This document shows, one piece after another, positions 15,406-30,125 of a stretch of DNA of 64,000 bases (the stretch's first letter is position 1; every line of letters begins with the position of its first letter). The position numbers were made by a program, and so were the translations under genes. Source of the DNA: the human T2T-CHM13v2.0 reference genome, Homo sapiens; NCBI RefSeq assembly GCF_009914755.1, contig NC_060933.1. One strand, written 5' to 3'. The notes under the pieces are model-generated. The model saw only the letters and a program-made list of their open reading frames with translations. It made no database searches and was not told the DNA's origin.

Positions 15406-15479
15406 CCATGAACACCAATATGTTGACCACCATATCCCTCTCTCTGAGACAGCATTCCTCTCCCTTCTAGGATGAATTC

Positions 15480-15760
15480 AGTTATTCACTTAACAAACAT
15501 GTATTGAGCATCACCTATGCATCAAGCATTGAGCTACATGCTAGAGACACATTTTTCAATGAGTTTGCAGTGTAGTGGAGAGAAAGAGTTCATTTAGCAA
15601 TAAGCAATTCTAGCATTCTGTAATCAGTCTTATGTTAGGGAAGTAGAAAGTACTACAAGAGTCCATAGGGGGAACAGCCAGCTTCAACAAGGGGAGATCA
15701 ACTTACTGCAATACCAAATGTCTCAGATGGGCCCTGAAGAATGAATCAGAACTAATTAGC
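15480..15760 (-). mobile_element. L2 3'-end relic
   Basis: attcacttaacaaacatgtattgagcatcacctatg... Confidence 0.55.
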
Positions 15761-16065
15761 TGAAGGATGGGATGGTCAGGCAAAGGGAGAGGATGTTTGG
15801 TGTGATGACAGTAAAAAGGTCCTGAGGGCTGAAAGATGTGGGTTCCTCTCCCGTACTCACTCACTGTAGACCTCTCTCAAGGGTCCATCTGTAGCCCTCA
15901 GATTCCCTCAAGAAGCAATCCCTTCCTTGACAGCTCCACTGGCTTCTAAGTCTTCAATAACACCCAAATCTGCATTCCTAATTATAACCATTCCCTTATG
16001 CTCAAACACTCTTTTTAATTGACTACTAGCTATTGCAGCAGGGCATGTGATCTATGGCTTATTTA

Positions 16066-16386
<321 letters not shown>

Positions 16387-17419
16387 GTAAAACCCAAGTC
16401 TTCATGCTTCCCTCGGATCTCCTCTTCCTCTTATATGCCCCATTTTTGTGGCCCATCTCAGCATTGATTCAGTGATGCAGTCATCTTCCCCTCCTCCCTC
16501 TCCCTTACCCTCTACAACTATCATCACCAAGTTCTTTTTCCTCAATATCTCCAGAATCTATCCATTCCTGTTGTTTCTGTTCTCGGTCAGATCCTAAGCA
16601 CCAAATCTGAAGAATGATTTTTATTGATTTATTATTACAAATAATGACTTAATACTTTAATTAATCAAAAGTTTCAATAATCCACTAATATAAAACAAAA
16701 TGCAAAATCCAAGAGATGAAAGCAGACAGGCAGTAGAAAATTCACAGAATCAGAACTGGGGAAAACAGACAAATGAAAACAAATTTTGGGCTGTGAGCTT
16801 TCTAGCATACAGGGAAAAGAAGAAAACTAGATTGCATACACAGTTCTCATCATAAGATGAAAAGAGGCATGCCAACTTATCAGAAAAAGAAAATTTGTTT
16901 CCTGGAAGGGATTTTTCAGAGAAATATATTGCAGGGGAGTTGAATAAGGGACACTGAACACATAATAGGAAAAAGGTAGTTTTATACAAAAGCAAAGATC
17001 TGCATATGGATCTTTTACATATAAAATATTTTTAAATATTTAATTCACGGTGAAGCCAACCTAAGGTTAAATCATGATTCCACAAAAGTAGTCTATAGAG
17101 GAATACAGCAAAATGCTTCTTATAGATAGCTTTCTGATAATTATGAAAGGTTAACCTGTCCCTGAGGTTATCTCAATAAATGCAAATGGCTCAAACGGCC
17201 TTTTAACCAAAGCTATATTCATAACTGACGTCACAAATGAGTACTGAAAGTACTAGGAAACTGGGTTAATTCTCATCTTTTCCTATTTCATTTCCTCAGA
17301 AAGACTTTCCCAAAAGACCTTAGCCAACAAAGACCCCCATACCCCATTTTCACTTTAATCTATGTATTATCGATGACCCTATTAGTTTTCTCATAGCATT
17401 TAACACAATCGGAAATGAC

Positions 17420-17590
17420 TTGCTTATAAATTTGTTGAATTGATTTGTTGTTCCCTGTGAATAGACAGTGAGCCCCCTGAGGGCAGAGACCATGTCTGTC
17501 TTGTACGCTACTGTATCCAAAGCCATTAGGAACATCGGTGGTATGACAGGTGCTCATTTAAAACTTTACAACCTTTCAAATGAATAAATA
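17420..17590 (+). mobile_element. L2 3'-end relic
   Basis: tagacagtgagccccctgagggcagagaccatgtctgtcttg...tgaataaat. Confidence 0.7.
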
Positions 17591-17619
17591 CGTAGCCTGT
17601 TTTACGTTCTAAATATTCA

Positions 17620-17905
<286 letters not shown>

Positions 17906-18479
17906 TTATATACTGTACCCAAAAAATATGGAGAAGACAAAGATAATATTTTACATGAAAATTTAAAAGCCTGGCTTAAAACGACCTCCTCCCTTCACTC
18001 CATTTTCTTCCTTCATTCCATCCTCCACTTTGCTGTCAGAATTGTCTTCTAAAGGACCACCTAAATATAACAGCTTGAAAGCTTGATGATCTACCCTCTG
18101 GAAACTCTCTAATGTGGCATTTGAAGCCCTCAGCAACCCTACTCTTTCAGCCTAGTCTCTTACAACTCTCCTCCACTTCGCCTACACAGGCTAAAGTCTA
18201 GTCACCCTCCCCTGATGGTTCATGACCCCCAACTACCAACATGCTTTCCCCATCCCCAATGACTTACCTTTTCTTGTGCTGTTTCCTGCCTCCAGGACCC
18301 CCATGCCTCACATCCTCGTCTAACAAAACGGTGCTCATCTTTCAAGCTCATTTCTTGAGTCATGAGAACCTTCTTTGGATTCTTGTGAATTCTGAATTGC
18401 CTCCTCTGTACTCCAATAGCTCTTTTTATGTATCTGTGTGGCATTGTCTACTATCTGTTTCATATGAATTAGGTGCTTA

Positions 18480-18620
18480 GTTTTATGTTTCTGTTTCCAC
18501 TGCTAGATTAGATTAGAAACTCCTTGAGAACAGGGATTACTTCATTGGTCTTCATATTTCTCTAACCTTTAGCATGCTCCTAGACATGTAGTAAGCACAA
18601 AACAAATGTTCACTGAATTA
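18480..18620 (+). mobile_element. L2 3'-end relic
   Basis: ctagatt...aaactccttgagaacaggga...aaatgttcactgaat. Confidence 0.6.
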
Positions 18621-21600
18621 GACATACCCAAAATTAGAAGTACTAAAGAGATATTGATGGTGACGGCTTTGGGTTTCAATTGTAAACAGTTGAAGACCTA
18701 GGTACAGTACAACCATTTATTAAATTACAGATAGTATCAATCTCCACTTACCACTAACTGTGCCTTATTAGCAATTGTTTCATGTAGTCCTTGTTTCAGG
18801 AAACTTATTTATGTTCTAGTACATATGAGTAAATATACATTTTAAACTTTTTTTTTTTACTAACAGTGGCTCATGTTACGAGGTCCTCTACTATATTAAA
18901 AACATTTTAATAGACTTTGTCCACAGACTGAACTTTTACTTTTTAATGTGATATCACATATAATACCACATCTCATTCTCTACAGATTCTGAAATGATTC
19001 AGGGACTTTTAAATCAGCATTTGCCAATAAAAAGACAAATTTTTCAAATTCTGCATCATATGTAAAACTAGCTCTTTTTCCTTTCCTTTTTTTAACATTA
19101 CAGAAGACCTAAAACCTTATATTTGATGAAGGTTCTAAGTACAAGGATCAAACTATAATCGTGTCATTTCTTCAATACTTTCAGTACTGCTCCCCGACCA
19201 GGATTTAGTTTGCCAAATTACGACATCATTTTCAAAGTGCTACTAATCAACAGAGAGGGCAATGAATGAATTCACCCATATACATCTGTCAGGCTATTGA
19301 GCGATAAAGCATGGTATTGAGACATATGTGTTCTTACCATCTGCACACATTACAGCAATGCACTGCACACATATATGTCTGAACCTAATGTTACACGTGA
19401 AAAAGAAAAGCATTCATGCCAACCCTCAGTACAATTCACATCACATCAGTTCTACAATTGGTGGCTTTATGTTACTCTACATATACCTATATGTCCCGAT
19501 TTTTTTTTCTTGTGAAAAATGATTAAGACACAGAATCAGATATACTCTTTAGGAGATTAGCTTCAATCTTATGCTAACAAAATCGCAGTCACCCTCAAAT
19601 GGAGTTATGGCAAGCAAATTTGCTTTCTCAGAACTCATAATTTTTACTTTACTCCTCTGAAAACTACAGAGCGGCAAGGAAGTTGAACTGAATAAAAACA
19701 AAATGGCAAGCTATATATATTGATTAATTTTACATTATATATTTTGGAAGGGCAAATTCATTATTTATACAGGTGCTACCTGACCTCCATCCAGCAAGTT
19801 ATTCATTTTAACCTATTAACAAGCACACTATAAACAACAATGAAAGTTACATGACCTTACACAGCTGTCTCAAGCCACTGTACTTCCATCGTTAAGGAAA
19901 CTGTTAGATGACCCTGTTGTCAGAACACACTAAATCTGTCTGAATAAGGGAAAACAAAACTTTGTCTCCAAAGGGTAAAAAATAATAATAATAATCCTAG
20001 GCAGAGTTCCTGTTCACACTGTACAGTTACTATTATTATTTATCATTTCTTATTTACCTGTGTTTTTAGTATAAACATTCCTGGAAGCTTTTATACTGCT
20101 TGTGGCACATAATCAGTTGCTTATTGCCAAGGGAAAGACTTTTTCCCCAGAAAGGCAATCTGTGCACACGCTAATTTGAAAGACAGGGTAGGAGCTGCAA
20201 GTGTTTTAATAGCCCATTATCAAAAATTATCCCTTGGCTATAAAATCCCCAGACCATTGGCTTGAGATCAGCTCAAAGAAAAATGAGATTACAGAATTTA
20301 ATCTAGTGAAGGGGAGTGACAGATGAGTTCTAAAAAGCCTTAGATCACAAAAAAAAAAAAAAAAAAAAAAAAAAGGCAGAGGACAGAAACAACATCAGCT
20401 TAGATTAAACCTTCCACACATTTACCTCCTACAAATCTGACATGTTCCAAGACTGATTTTAATTTTAAAAAGTAAGGTGTCTCTTTGCAACATTTTAATA
20501 AGTAGGGAATGCTCAGTGAAAAATTACATATTGAGGTGACAGGAAACAAAACAGCATTTTGTCTTAAATTTGCACAACCTAATTTATAGCAATAAAGCAG
20601 AACCTATGAGTTCTGGTAAATGTCAGGGCAGTCATGTCCATTACATATGTGGATAGGTATGAAGCTGAGTCTCCGTAGGCCCTTCAAAAATTGCACACAG
20701 CCGCCCTAATGCAAACCAGAAGTCTCAGGCTGCTGGATGAACACTCAGATTCGCTCCCATGTGGATATTTAGAGAGGGTCTCCTCCACCCCCATCCCCAT
20801 TCTCACGTATGCATGTTTTAAGAGACCAACCAGAGGCCATAACCATGGAGGTGGCTCATTAGAAGAGACCTCCCACCCCAACAAAATCTGGCCCAACCCC
20901 CTGCAAAGAAAGCACCAGCGTCCCATAGAACCTCCCCCTCTCCCCCTAACCTCTACTCTCTTACTTCTCCTCCCCCTTCTCCTCCTCCCTCCCCACACCC
21001 CTCCCCATGAGCATCTGCCTGGCCCAATCTCGCCTGGGCCAGCTCCAATAACAACATCTGCTTGGCAGCTTTTCAAGCCCACGGATAGTTATCTAACTGA
21101 GGCTTTTGTGCTGTACTGTTTATTCTATGTGAAGAAATGCCTCCTTAGTTGAAAGAGTACTTTAGAAAAACTGTGCAGCTATTAGCAAGTGAAGCACAAG
21201 GCTAATAACCCCCACCTGCTCATCAAATTAATTATGACATCTGAGTCATTATAACTCAGAAAGAAAACACGACTGCAGATTTGTCACATGTAGGAATAAA
21301 CATGTATTAGGACCGGGAAAAAAATCAGACCAAGAGACTCAGCTGGACGAAACACATGCTTCCACCTTTCAGAGACTGGAAATATGGATCCTATCTTTCC
21401 AAGTGAAACTGACGAAGAGGGATGAGGTGGTTGGCCAGATAACCACACTGCTGTTACATGGAGCAAAATGAGATAAAGTCAGGGATTAGGGAACCTCATG
21501 GAAAACACTGTAAGGTTGAATAATAATTTATTTAGAAAAACTAAAACTCTATACAAAGCCATTTCACAGAGCAAAACAAAACATACTGCCCACAATGAAC

Positions 21601-24013
21601 GTGACCCTGTGTCATCTGGTCCATCTTAAAAACACTCATAAGAACTCTGGGTAGAGAATTTTTGTCCCTAGGTACAAAAGAATATTTTAAGGGTGCTAAT
21701 AACTTTAGCAAAGAAATACCTTAGAAGTAAAAATAAAAACTTGTCATGAAGTTATTGCATTTCCTAACCATGAGTGCATAAGACTAGTATTTTTAAAAGG
21801 CAAATTCCATCCAGTGGCCATTAAAAAATTACATTTAATAGTCAGACATGTAACAGTATATCTCGTGATCAGTAACATTTTGCTAATATTTCATACTATT
21901 AAAAGGCGCAAGTTTCCATTATACGTTTTGAACAAACTTAAAATAGCTACTAACCTCTTTTTTCCCCCACATATTTCTGGAACTTGCAACTATAGCATAC
22001 ATGTTAAAATATCTTACTCCCAATTTTTCAATCTGGCTTTTTGTCGTAATTTTAAAATGCAAGTAAATTTTAATAAAGGTAAAATTATTTTAAATAGAAC
22101 ATGACTTAATAGGATGATGACCCATGCAATAGAGCCATGACATTTTTCCTTGCCATTATTTTAAAGGAAATAAATTATAACATGATATTTGCATGAATCA
22201 TAAAATGCTATCATTTAAAAACACTCCTACTGAAAATGTTTGCAGCTATAAATTTAAAGCCTCTTCATCTTCCTGCAATATCTTTAGTATTAAAAGAACT
22301 TTTTAAATTCTTTTCTAGCATTTGTGCTGCCAGTTTCATAAAACATAAATCCTTCTATGAAAGCATATGACTCTTGCTAAATAACATCGGCCTGCTCCAC
22401 TTTATCTTCTACCTCCAGGAAAGTCATCCACAGTAGCAACAGCTATAATCAATTCTCGCAAAAAAAAAAAAAAAAAAAAAAAATTCTATCTTTTTATAAA
22501 AGCAAAACCCCCAGAAGAGTTAATTTTAAAACAGAACATGCTACATTTTTAAATCCTTTGAGGTTTAATATATTATGAAAGCAAATCTCAGGAAGCAATA
22601 CAATTAGTCTTTTCTCTCGGTAAACAATTTTGTGTTAGAGTCTAATGCTGAGTTGATTTATGTAAATGTGTTACTTAGCCTCAACTTAAGATATAAATCC
22701 AGAGTAAACATAACAATGGCAATCCCGACAGTCTGCTTTGCCAAATCAGAAGATTTAGTCAGCCTAGACTAAAAATGAATTAAGATTATATTGAGAGTGT
22801 CAGTCCTAAGTCAAGAAAACATGCCCAGCCAGGGCACGCCAGGGAGAAAGAAGATCACTCATTAACGAGCCAGCAATGCTACAAAGCTTTTGCTCGTCTG
22901 GGAAAACATGTTCCCAGTTTTAAACTCCACAGCAAATCAAGGCACTCTTTTTAATAAGTACATTTTCCGTCTCTTTCCCCCTCATCAATCCCAAAAAGAA
23001 ACTCAGCTTCTCTGTGTATTATCTGTGTAACTCTACATGTCAAACTACAATAGGCCTTGTATCCTTTAAGGTAACATGGGCCAGTGTCTGAGGTGGAGTG
23101 GAAGACTCGGGGCTGTGGGGAGTTAATGCCTCCCTTCTCAAAATAACTTTCAAGTTGTCTATTAACAACTAGTTCCCATAATTACATATTAAATTTCTTT
23201 ACCATGATAGGTTACAGTTATACATCCCAAATAAATCTGACTGTGGAGTACCTGCCGGCAGATTTCTGTCTCTGTTTCCCCAGACACATTGACACACAGC
23301 TCAGAGACAAGCTGGTCAGGCACGCTACACAGAGGTCCGTCTGTCCTCGCCTAAAAAGTAAATAAATTATTTTGTGAAAAATATCCTTAGCAAGGATCAG
23401 TATTATTGTCAGTGTGACTTTAAAATTCTAAAGGCATGCCAGAAAGAGGGCTACATAAAATTCAGCAGTTTCCAGATCATACACAGTACAGAGATTCTCA
23501 TACCCACTTAATCTCAGCACGCATCTCCACCCCTACTTCCTTCCCAATGGTATGTGGTCTTGAAAACACAAATGTTCACGTTTCCTGAAGCTGAGCTGCA
23601 AAGGAAAAGTCTCCTCCCAAGAGGCAGAGCTGTAGGCTTTTGGTGCCCCCGAAATTGTTCACTACAGTACAACATAATGTGACACTCACCACAATTAGCC
23701 ACAGGGAAACAGTCTTTTTTTCACCTCTGATGTCATATAATAGATTTGAGATCACATCAGTGAGCAATGTTATCTACAAGTATTTTTGGAAGTCTTGTTA
23801 AAAGAGCCACGATACTGCAAGCCTAACTTGAAGTGCAAATGGTGAATGCTTCTCTATATCTCATCTTGACCACTACTTTACTGAAGAGTGAAAAATGACA
23901 GATGCAAATTATTTTTCAGAAAGTAGACATTTCCACTGGTAGTTCTTCCTCCTAAGTGATCTTTTCTTCTCTCTCATGCTCTACCCCCTTTCTCTCTCTA
24001 GCATTCTTCCTCC

Positions 24014-24016
<3 letters not shown>

Positions 24017-24061
<45 letters not shown>
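24017..24061. repeat. (CA)n microsatellite
   Basis: About 22 uninterrupted repeats. Confidence 0.95.
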
Positions 24062-24063
<2 letters not shown>

Positions 24064-26349
24064 AGACATCCATTAATATTAAGAACAGTCTTCCGTAATG
24101 TTTTTCAGAATTTCTCAGGGGCTTAGGAGGGCGGCAGCCGTGCCAAAATTACAAGCTTTCCTCTAGTCAGAAGGGATGTCTTTTCAAAGCCCAGCCCTCA
24201 TTTTTCAGTCTGATGTAAGTAAATTTACCTCTGTGTGCTGGGCTGAGCAGCTTTTCTTTGTCGTTTTTGTTTTTCTAATAGCTGCTGCTCTGGCAGAGCT
24301 ATTCATTTCAAAGGGAAGTTAGAAGCATTCTTCACTCTTCCCCTTTTAGATTATTTGCAGTTACTGACTCTTCTGAAATCTTAGATTTGAACAGAAACCT
24401 AAAGCACAGCACCATTTTAAAACAGCAAATCACCAGCATTCCTGGGATCACATTTCTCTAGAGCAACTATCCAACATGAGGCACAAGAACTAAGTGGAAC
24501 TGGGCTAAAATTGACAAAATTAAAGACAAAAGAATTATCTCTTTTAAAAATTGGGGCCTACTGTGCTCTGACAGCATGCTAAAGGACAACCATCGTTTGG
24601 AAACATTGTTTCAGAACCAGAGAAGAGGTGGTGGAGTTCTGTTTGCCAGTTAGCTAAATTAACTGATTTCTTAAGAAATCCAAGTGAACTGTATAGTAAG
24701 GTGGTCAATTTTTGGAAACACTGTTTAGGCAACAGATAAGAGATAGTGAGGTTTTGTTTTGAAGTTAATTTACTTCATGAGAAAGTCAAATCAACAGTCA
24801 TAGACCATGAAGCTGATAAGATCTATGATAAAATCCAGTGGGCGAACTATCAGTAAGTTCTTAATTTGCCCACGTCCCAGTGTATTCAACGGGCTTCAGT
24901 TGGCAATGGCTGGACCTTGCTCTTGTTACTTCTGAAGGGAGTTGTTTTACGTGGACAAGGCCAGGATCATGGTCTCTGAGTGCTCCAAGGGGTTAACCTC
25001 TGTGAATTCTACTTCTGTGTCACATATTTAAATGAGTAACTTAGAGTTCAATATCTTTGTGTTCAACTAAAGTCAACTTCTTCTTTATCAGCCAACATTC
25101 TCTTACTCTAATCGTTGAACACACTTGAATTCATATCAGTTCTGGGATTTTCGTAACCATCAATCATAAAGTCATAGTAAGAAGAAGAATAAAGCGATAT
25201 CAGTGCAGTTGAGGCAAACAGGGAAGAAAAAGTGCACGGCGCCATGGTTAGGATATCATGCCAGGCTAGGAAGACTCTCATTAACATCTCCTGAGTCATC
25301 CCATTCACAAGCAGTATCCTTGAAGAATGATATCTGTGTATATAAGTGAAAACCCTATCACACCCAGGGGCTTATATCCTTGGCATCTTAATTTCCTAGT
25401 TGTGAGTACTTATCTAAAAGGACATGAGTATAATGCTATCCTATATGGCATACTAAGAAACTGATGTAAAACTAAGTCTGCAGGAGAAAAGAGATGCTAC
25501 ATTCCTGTGGCAATTTTCAAATGGCACTAAAAATAGATAAATACGGCAGTAAGAACTAAGTCCCTCCTCCCTCACTTCCCTATCTCTATTTTTCTTTTAC
25601 ATTTGTGTGAATTCAGTAACCATAATCTATCTAATCCTATTATGCCAAAAGACTAAAAGTTGTTGATGTTCAAAACTCTACCAGTATACCAAAAACTCTG
25701 AAACTAGGAAGGAAAAAAAAAAAACTTTCTTACCCTTAACCAAAAATGAAGAGTCTCTCAAGCATATATGGATAGCTTGACAAATTACCAATTTATACTG
25801 AAATATGAGAAGATGTTCACTAAGAATTACATGACTAGATACTGCAGGGGTTTTTTGTTTTGTCTTGTCAAGCAAAAAAGGTCTAGGTTTGCCATACTCC
25901 ATTTTTTGGTATGAGGTGGTGAATCAAGCACAAATTTTCTTTGGACTTAAAACATTTAAAATGCAGTGGAAAAACAGTTGGGGAAAAGATACTGTTCTTA
26001 ATCCCCAGATCTAGACTATCTGTTGGGGTAGTTGCTTCCCAATCCTATTTTCTCAATTGTAAAATGGAAACAATATCTTATCCAATTGAAATAAATATTA
26101 AATAAGATACTTTAAACAAAAGATAAAGGTGCTTTACAATTTACAAGTATGAGGTATAACTTAAACAGCTAACTGGAAGACATTAACATAATCTACATAG
26201 AATGACCTTCAGAGCAATATGGTTTGCAATTTAAGGAATGAAAGGAAGATAAATTGTAATACAAATGTACCTTTCTCAGAGAAGGCTGAAAGGTACAACG
26301 CCAAAGGCATTATCTGCGGACTCAGGCTTCAGATTACCTTTGCCACTTC

Positions 26350-26480
26350 CTACATGTGAAATACTGGGTAACTTATTGTAAAATTCTGTGAGCTCTAATT
26401 TTCTCATCTTTAGATGAGTAATAATAATATCTATCTTGTGAAGGTTCCTGCAATATTTAAATAAAATACTACACATAGAA
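26350..26480 (+). mobile_element. MIR fragment
   Basis: tctgtgagctctaattttctcatctttagatgagtaataataatatctatcttgtgaaggtt. Confidence 0.6.
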
Positions 26481-27073
26481 GTATCTGACTTTAAAAATAA
26501 TATTCATGCGAGGGAAAGCTGATCACACGAAAGGTTTCTTAGGGACTGTTTGCCTTCCATATCTGTCTTATTAATATAGCTTCATGCAGTCACCTAAATA
26601 TCTTCAAGTATTGTAAACTGAATTCAGATTATGTGCTTTTTTAAAAAGTACATCTTTTCTATATCAAGCAGAAATCAGGCCACAAAAAAATACTTCTGTA
26701 AAAAGCTTAGGAAAGAATAATTTTTCAATTCAGGAAATTTCTTCATGGTGCTATGAAGAACTTTTCTTGTACTGAACTGCTATTTGTGATCCACCTGTTA
26801 AAAAAAGCTCAAAACACATTTCAAAAACAAATAGAATGCTTAAACTTTCTTAAAAGACAGAATGTTTTACATGTTGTATTTTGAGGAGATTTTTTTTAAA
26901 TAACAAGTTTTTACTTACTCATCTTTAAAATAAAAGAGAAAGTAACTGCCCAAGAAACAGCCTTATCTTTTGCTTTCTACAATTCAGAATTTTGAAAGAA
27001 ATCCTCAAATCCTCCAAACAAGTGTAATACACATGGTTTGCTGGCAGAATTTATTCCAAGCATCTCCAGGCAA

Positions 27074-27143
27074 TATGCATGTGCACCCGCGCACACACGT
27101 GCACGCACACACAGACACACACACACACACACACACACACACA
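27074..27143. repeat. (CA)n / alternating purine-pyrimidine tract
   Basis: atgcatgtgcac...gcgcacacacgtgcacgcacacaca... Confidence 0.9.
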
Positions 27144-29984
27144 TTTTTGAATCATTAAGTCATTTGGAAGAATCTCCAGAAGTGTGCCGAGGCATGTTTT
27201 TGGTGTTTTGCCAAATTATGTGCTTCTGTTTGTGGCTTTCAAATATGGATTAGACAGACGCACAAGCATGTACTGTTTGGCAAGTAGCGACAATGGTCTA
27301 GTCTGAATTTAGTAATTTAAGCTTTTCATTAGTCCTCGTAGGTGAAAGAAAGAATTAACAACAACTTGTTTGAGCTCTATCTTTATATCCCTTTGTCATC
27401 CATTCCTGTTCACTTGCCATAGATTAGAAGCCAAAGGAATTTCAGATGTCCTCTGCAGATAGACCTAAAGTAAGGGCTTCAAACAGGGGGTTCAAATGTC
27501 AAGTACATTTAAGCTGGAACTTGAACTTTTACTCATCCTTACTCTAAGGCTATAACTCTGCTTTTCTGAGTTCCCCATTGTACTTGAACATCCAGTGTAC
27601 CCTCCTTTTTTCTCACAAAAAGTACAGATAGAAATTACCTAAAGAGATAAAAGGTCACTTGAGATTTCTGTTTCTCGTGACTTGAAATTACCATGCACAA
27701 CAGTAGACTTCTACATGGCAAAGCGCTCACAAAGATGTTTCTGTCTCCTGTGATGATCTCTGGGGGAAGCTATGTCCCTGCCACCCTGCCTCATGCTGTA
27801 GTCACTCTAAACTTCAGAGACCAGCATCTTACGACCATGAGTTTTGGTGCTAAGTTCAGAAAAATTAATCCTAAACTGTCACAACCATCCTGATGACCAG
27901 TATGTCTTTCTAATTAGAATCAATGCAGTAATCATTATAATTGGCAGTCCCTCCCCAGATCACGTGGAGAACACCATGGGAAGTGCAGTTGACTTGCAGT
28001 ATTTGATATTTTCTTCTGTTGGTAGGTAAAAGTAATCTGATGTCCAACAGAAAAGTTCACAGGAACCATGAGGTAAAAAGGACCAAATGTTGACAGTGGT
28101 CCATTGTTAATTGAGTCGTGCGAAGCTACAGAAAGATTAGTTTATACAGCTGCTGTTATTTGTCATAACATTCCTAACAAGATACACATGTTCAATCAGT
28201 CTTATTTTGCACCTCCAAAACTGGGCCATCCAATGGTCTGAAACATGTGGAAATCAAAAGCAACAGTGTACAGAAGGAAGACCATGTATCCCCTCAGGCT
28301 GCCTCAATGGCTGAGGAAAGAAAAGAGGCGAGCCCCTGAGTGAGCGGAGCCTAGAATGTTTGGGTTTGGAGGTTAGTGAGTAAAACATGAACAATGAATG
28401 TGGGCGGGAAGCTGGGACAGAACCCTGTTAGGGTCATTACTAAGGTATAATGTTATTGACTGTTTTGTGGGGAATTTAGACTTTTAACCCCACCATGATT
28501 CAGAAGCAGTGACTTTCTTGGGACAAACTGAAAAACGAACTGGGGGAAAATAATTCCAGTCAGAGCACAAAGCTAACCATGTCACTTGTCCACTGTATTT
28601 TCCAGCAGTAGAACTTCACGCTACTTATAAACTACAGGCATACTGAGGGGAAAAAAATGTGTTAACTAACTTTAGGAAACTTTCACTCAAACACCTAAGC
28701 TGAAAGTCCACAATAGGTTCAATACAAAAACATTATCAGTACTATCTATAAAACAGGTGTTAAAAATAAGGTGTTTCTTATCCTCAGGAATTTTTCATTT
28801 TAGTGAGGTAGGGAGAAAAATATATGCATACACACACAGAGAGAGAGACGGACACAGAGAGAGTGTGCCTACAATTCACAAAGCCCTTTCACACACGTTA
28901 TCAAAATTTATCCTCAGGAGTGATTGTTAACAATGCCATCATTATACAGACGGCAAAACCGAAGCACAAGTCCCAGTCACTGGTAATGGAACCAAAAATG
29001 GAAGCCCCGTCTTCCCATCATATCCCCTACCTTTTCTACGATAATAAGAGGATATTACATCTACTAATCACTATGATGAAAAAAGTACATCATGCCTGGA
29101 AACTGAATCCTGTTTTCAACACTGATAACTAGATTCTCCAAGTTGTATCCCCTTCCCACTACTTTCACACAAACATTTTACCTAAGACTTGACCACCTGA
29201 GATTGAGACCTTATTAAATCCTCATCAAAAAGGGAAATTAAGGCTAACAGTGATCAGACTGCTCCATAGAGAAGGCAGGTCAAAAGGTACGACTTCAAAG
29301 AAAGACTCTCAAGGCAACAGAGATCGATATAATTTACTTCAGACAATAAAACATAAATCTAATTTGAAGGATGTTGCTCATCTACAACTCAAAGCACCTA
29401 AGATATTTTCCAGGATGGATATTTATGGGCCACAACATGTACTGCTGCTAGTCTGTATTTGCTCCTTCTGCACACTCCTTTCACACTCTTCATCTCTGGT
29501 TCCTTATCTTATTATGAACTGGTTGAAGAGGCCATCTCAGACCTCAATAGAAGGTACACTTACCATAAAGCTCCCAAATGTAAACAATGGTCCTGTAATA
29601 ATGATGTGAACTCAGAAGGTAAGAATGATGTTTAGATTCCTTTTGCATATTTCTCATCTAAAACAATTTTCCTTCCCTCACATCTTTCGTGCTTTGATTA
29701 AAGCACCAAAACACAATGACAACACAACCAGCGGGATTGCTCTGATAGCAGCTGAAGTGCCCATTCCAATCGTATTAACTTGATCCAAGATGGTACTTCA
29801 AAATGACACACTTTGGAAATGACAGGTAGAATCCAGGATTTTATTTCCCAGGAAGAGGAATTAATCTGAGTCCTGTATATCTAGTTTAGTACAAAGTCTG
29901 CTAAGGAGGTTAGTCCTATCCTGGATCAGCCTCACTAAGCCAGCTTAGGGGCTGATCTAAAATAATAGTTTAACAAAATGCCTG

Positions 29985-30125
29985 TGTCCAAAGGCTGATT
30001 CCACCACTTGCTAGTTGTGTGACCCTGGGCATAATTTTTCTGTTCTTTCGTTCCCTCACATGTACAAAGGAGATACTAATAGATCTTGCCTCATGGGGCT
30101 GATGTAAGGAATAGATGAAAATACG
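29985..30125 (+). mobile_element. MIR fragment
   Basis: ccaccacttgctagttgtgtgaccctgggca...cctcatggggctgatgtaagga. Confidence 0.65.

Noticed and set aside
20684-21152. 153-aa and 132-aa overlapping ORFs
   Set aside because: Non-ATG starts; kept open by a C/T-rich low-complexity tract; no recognisable domain.
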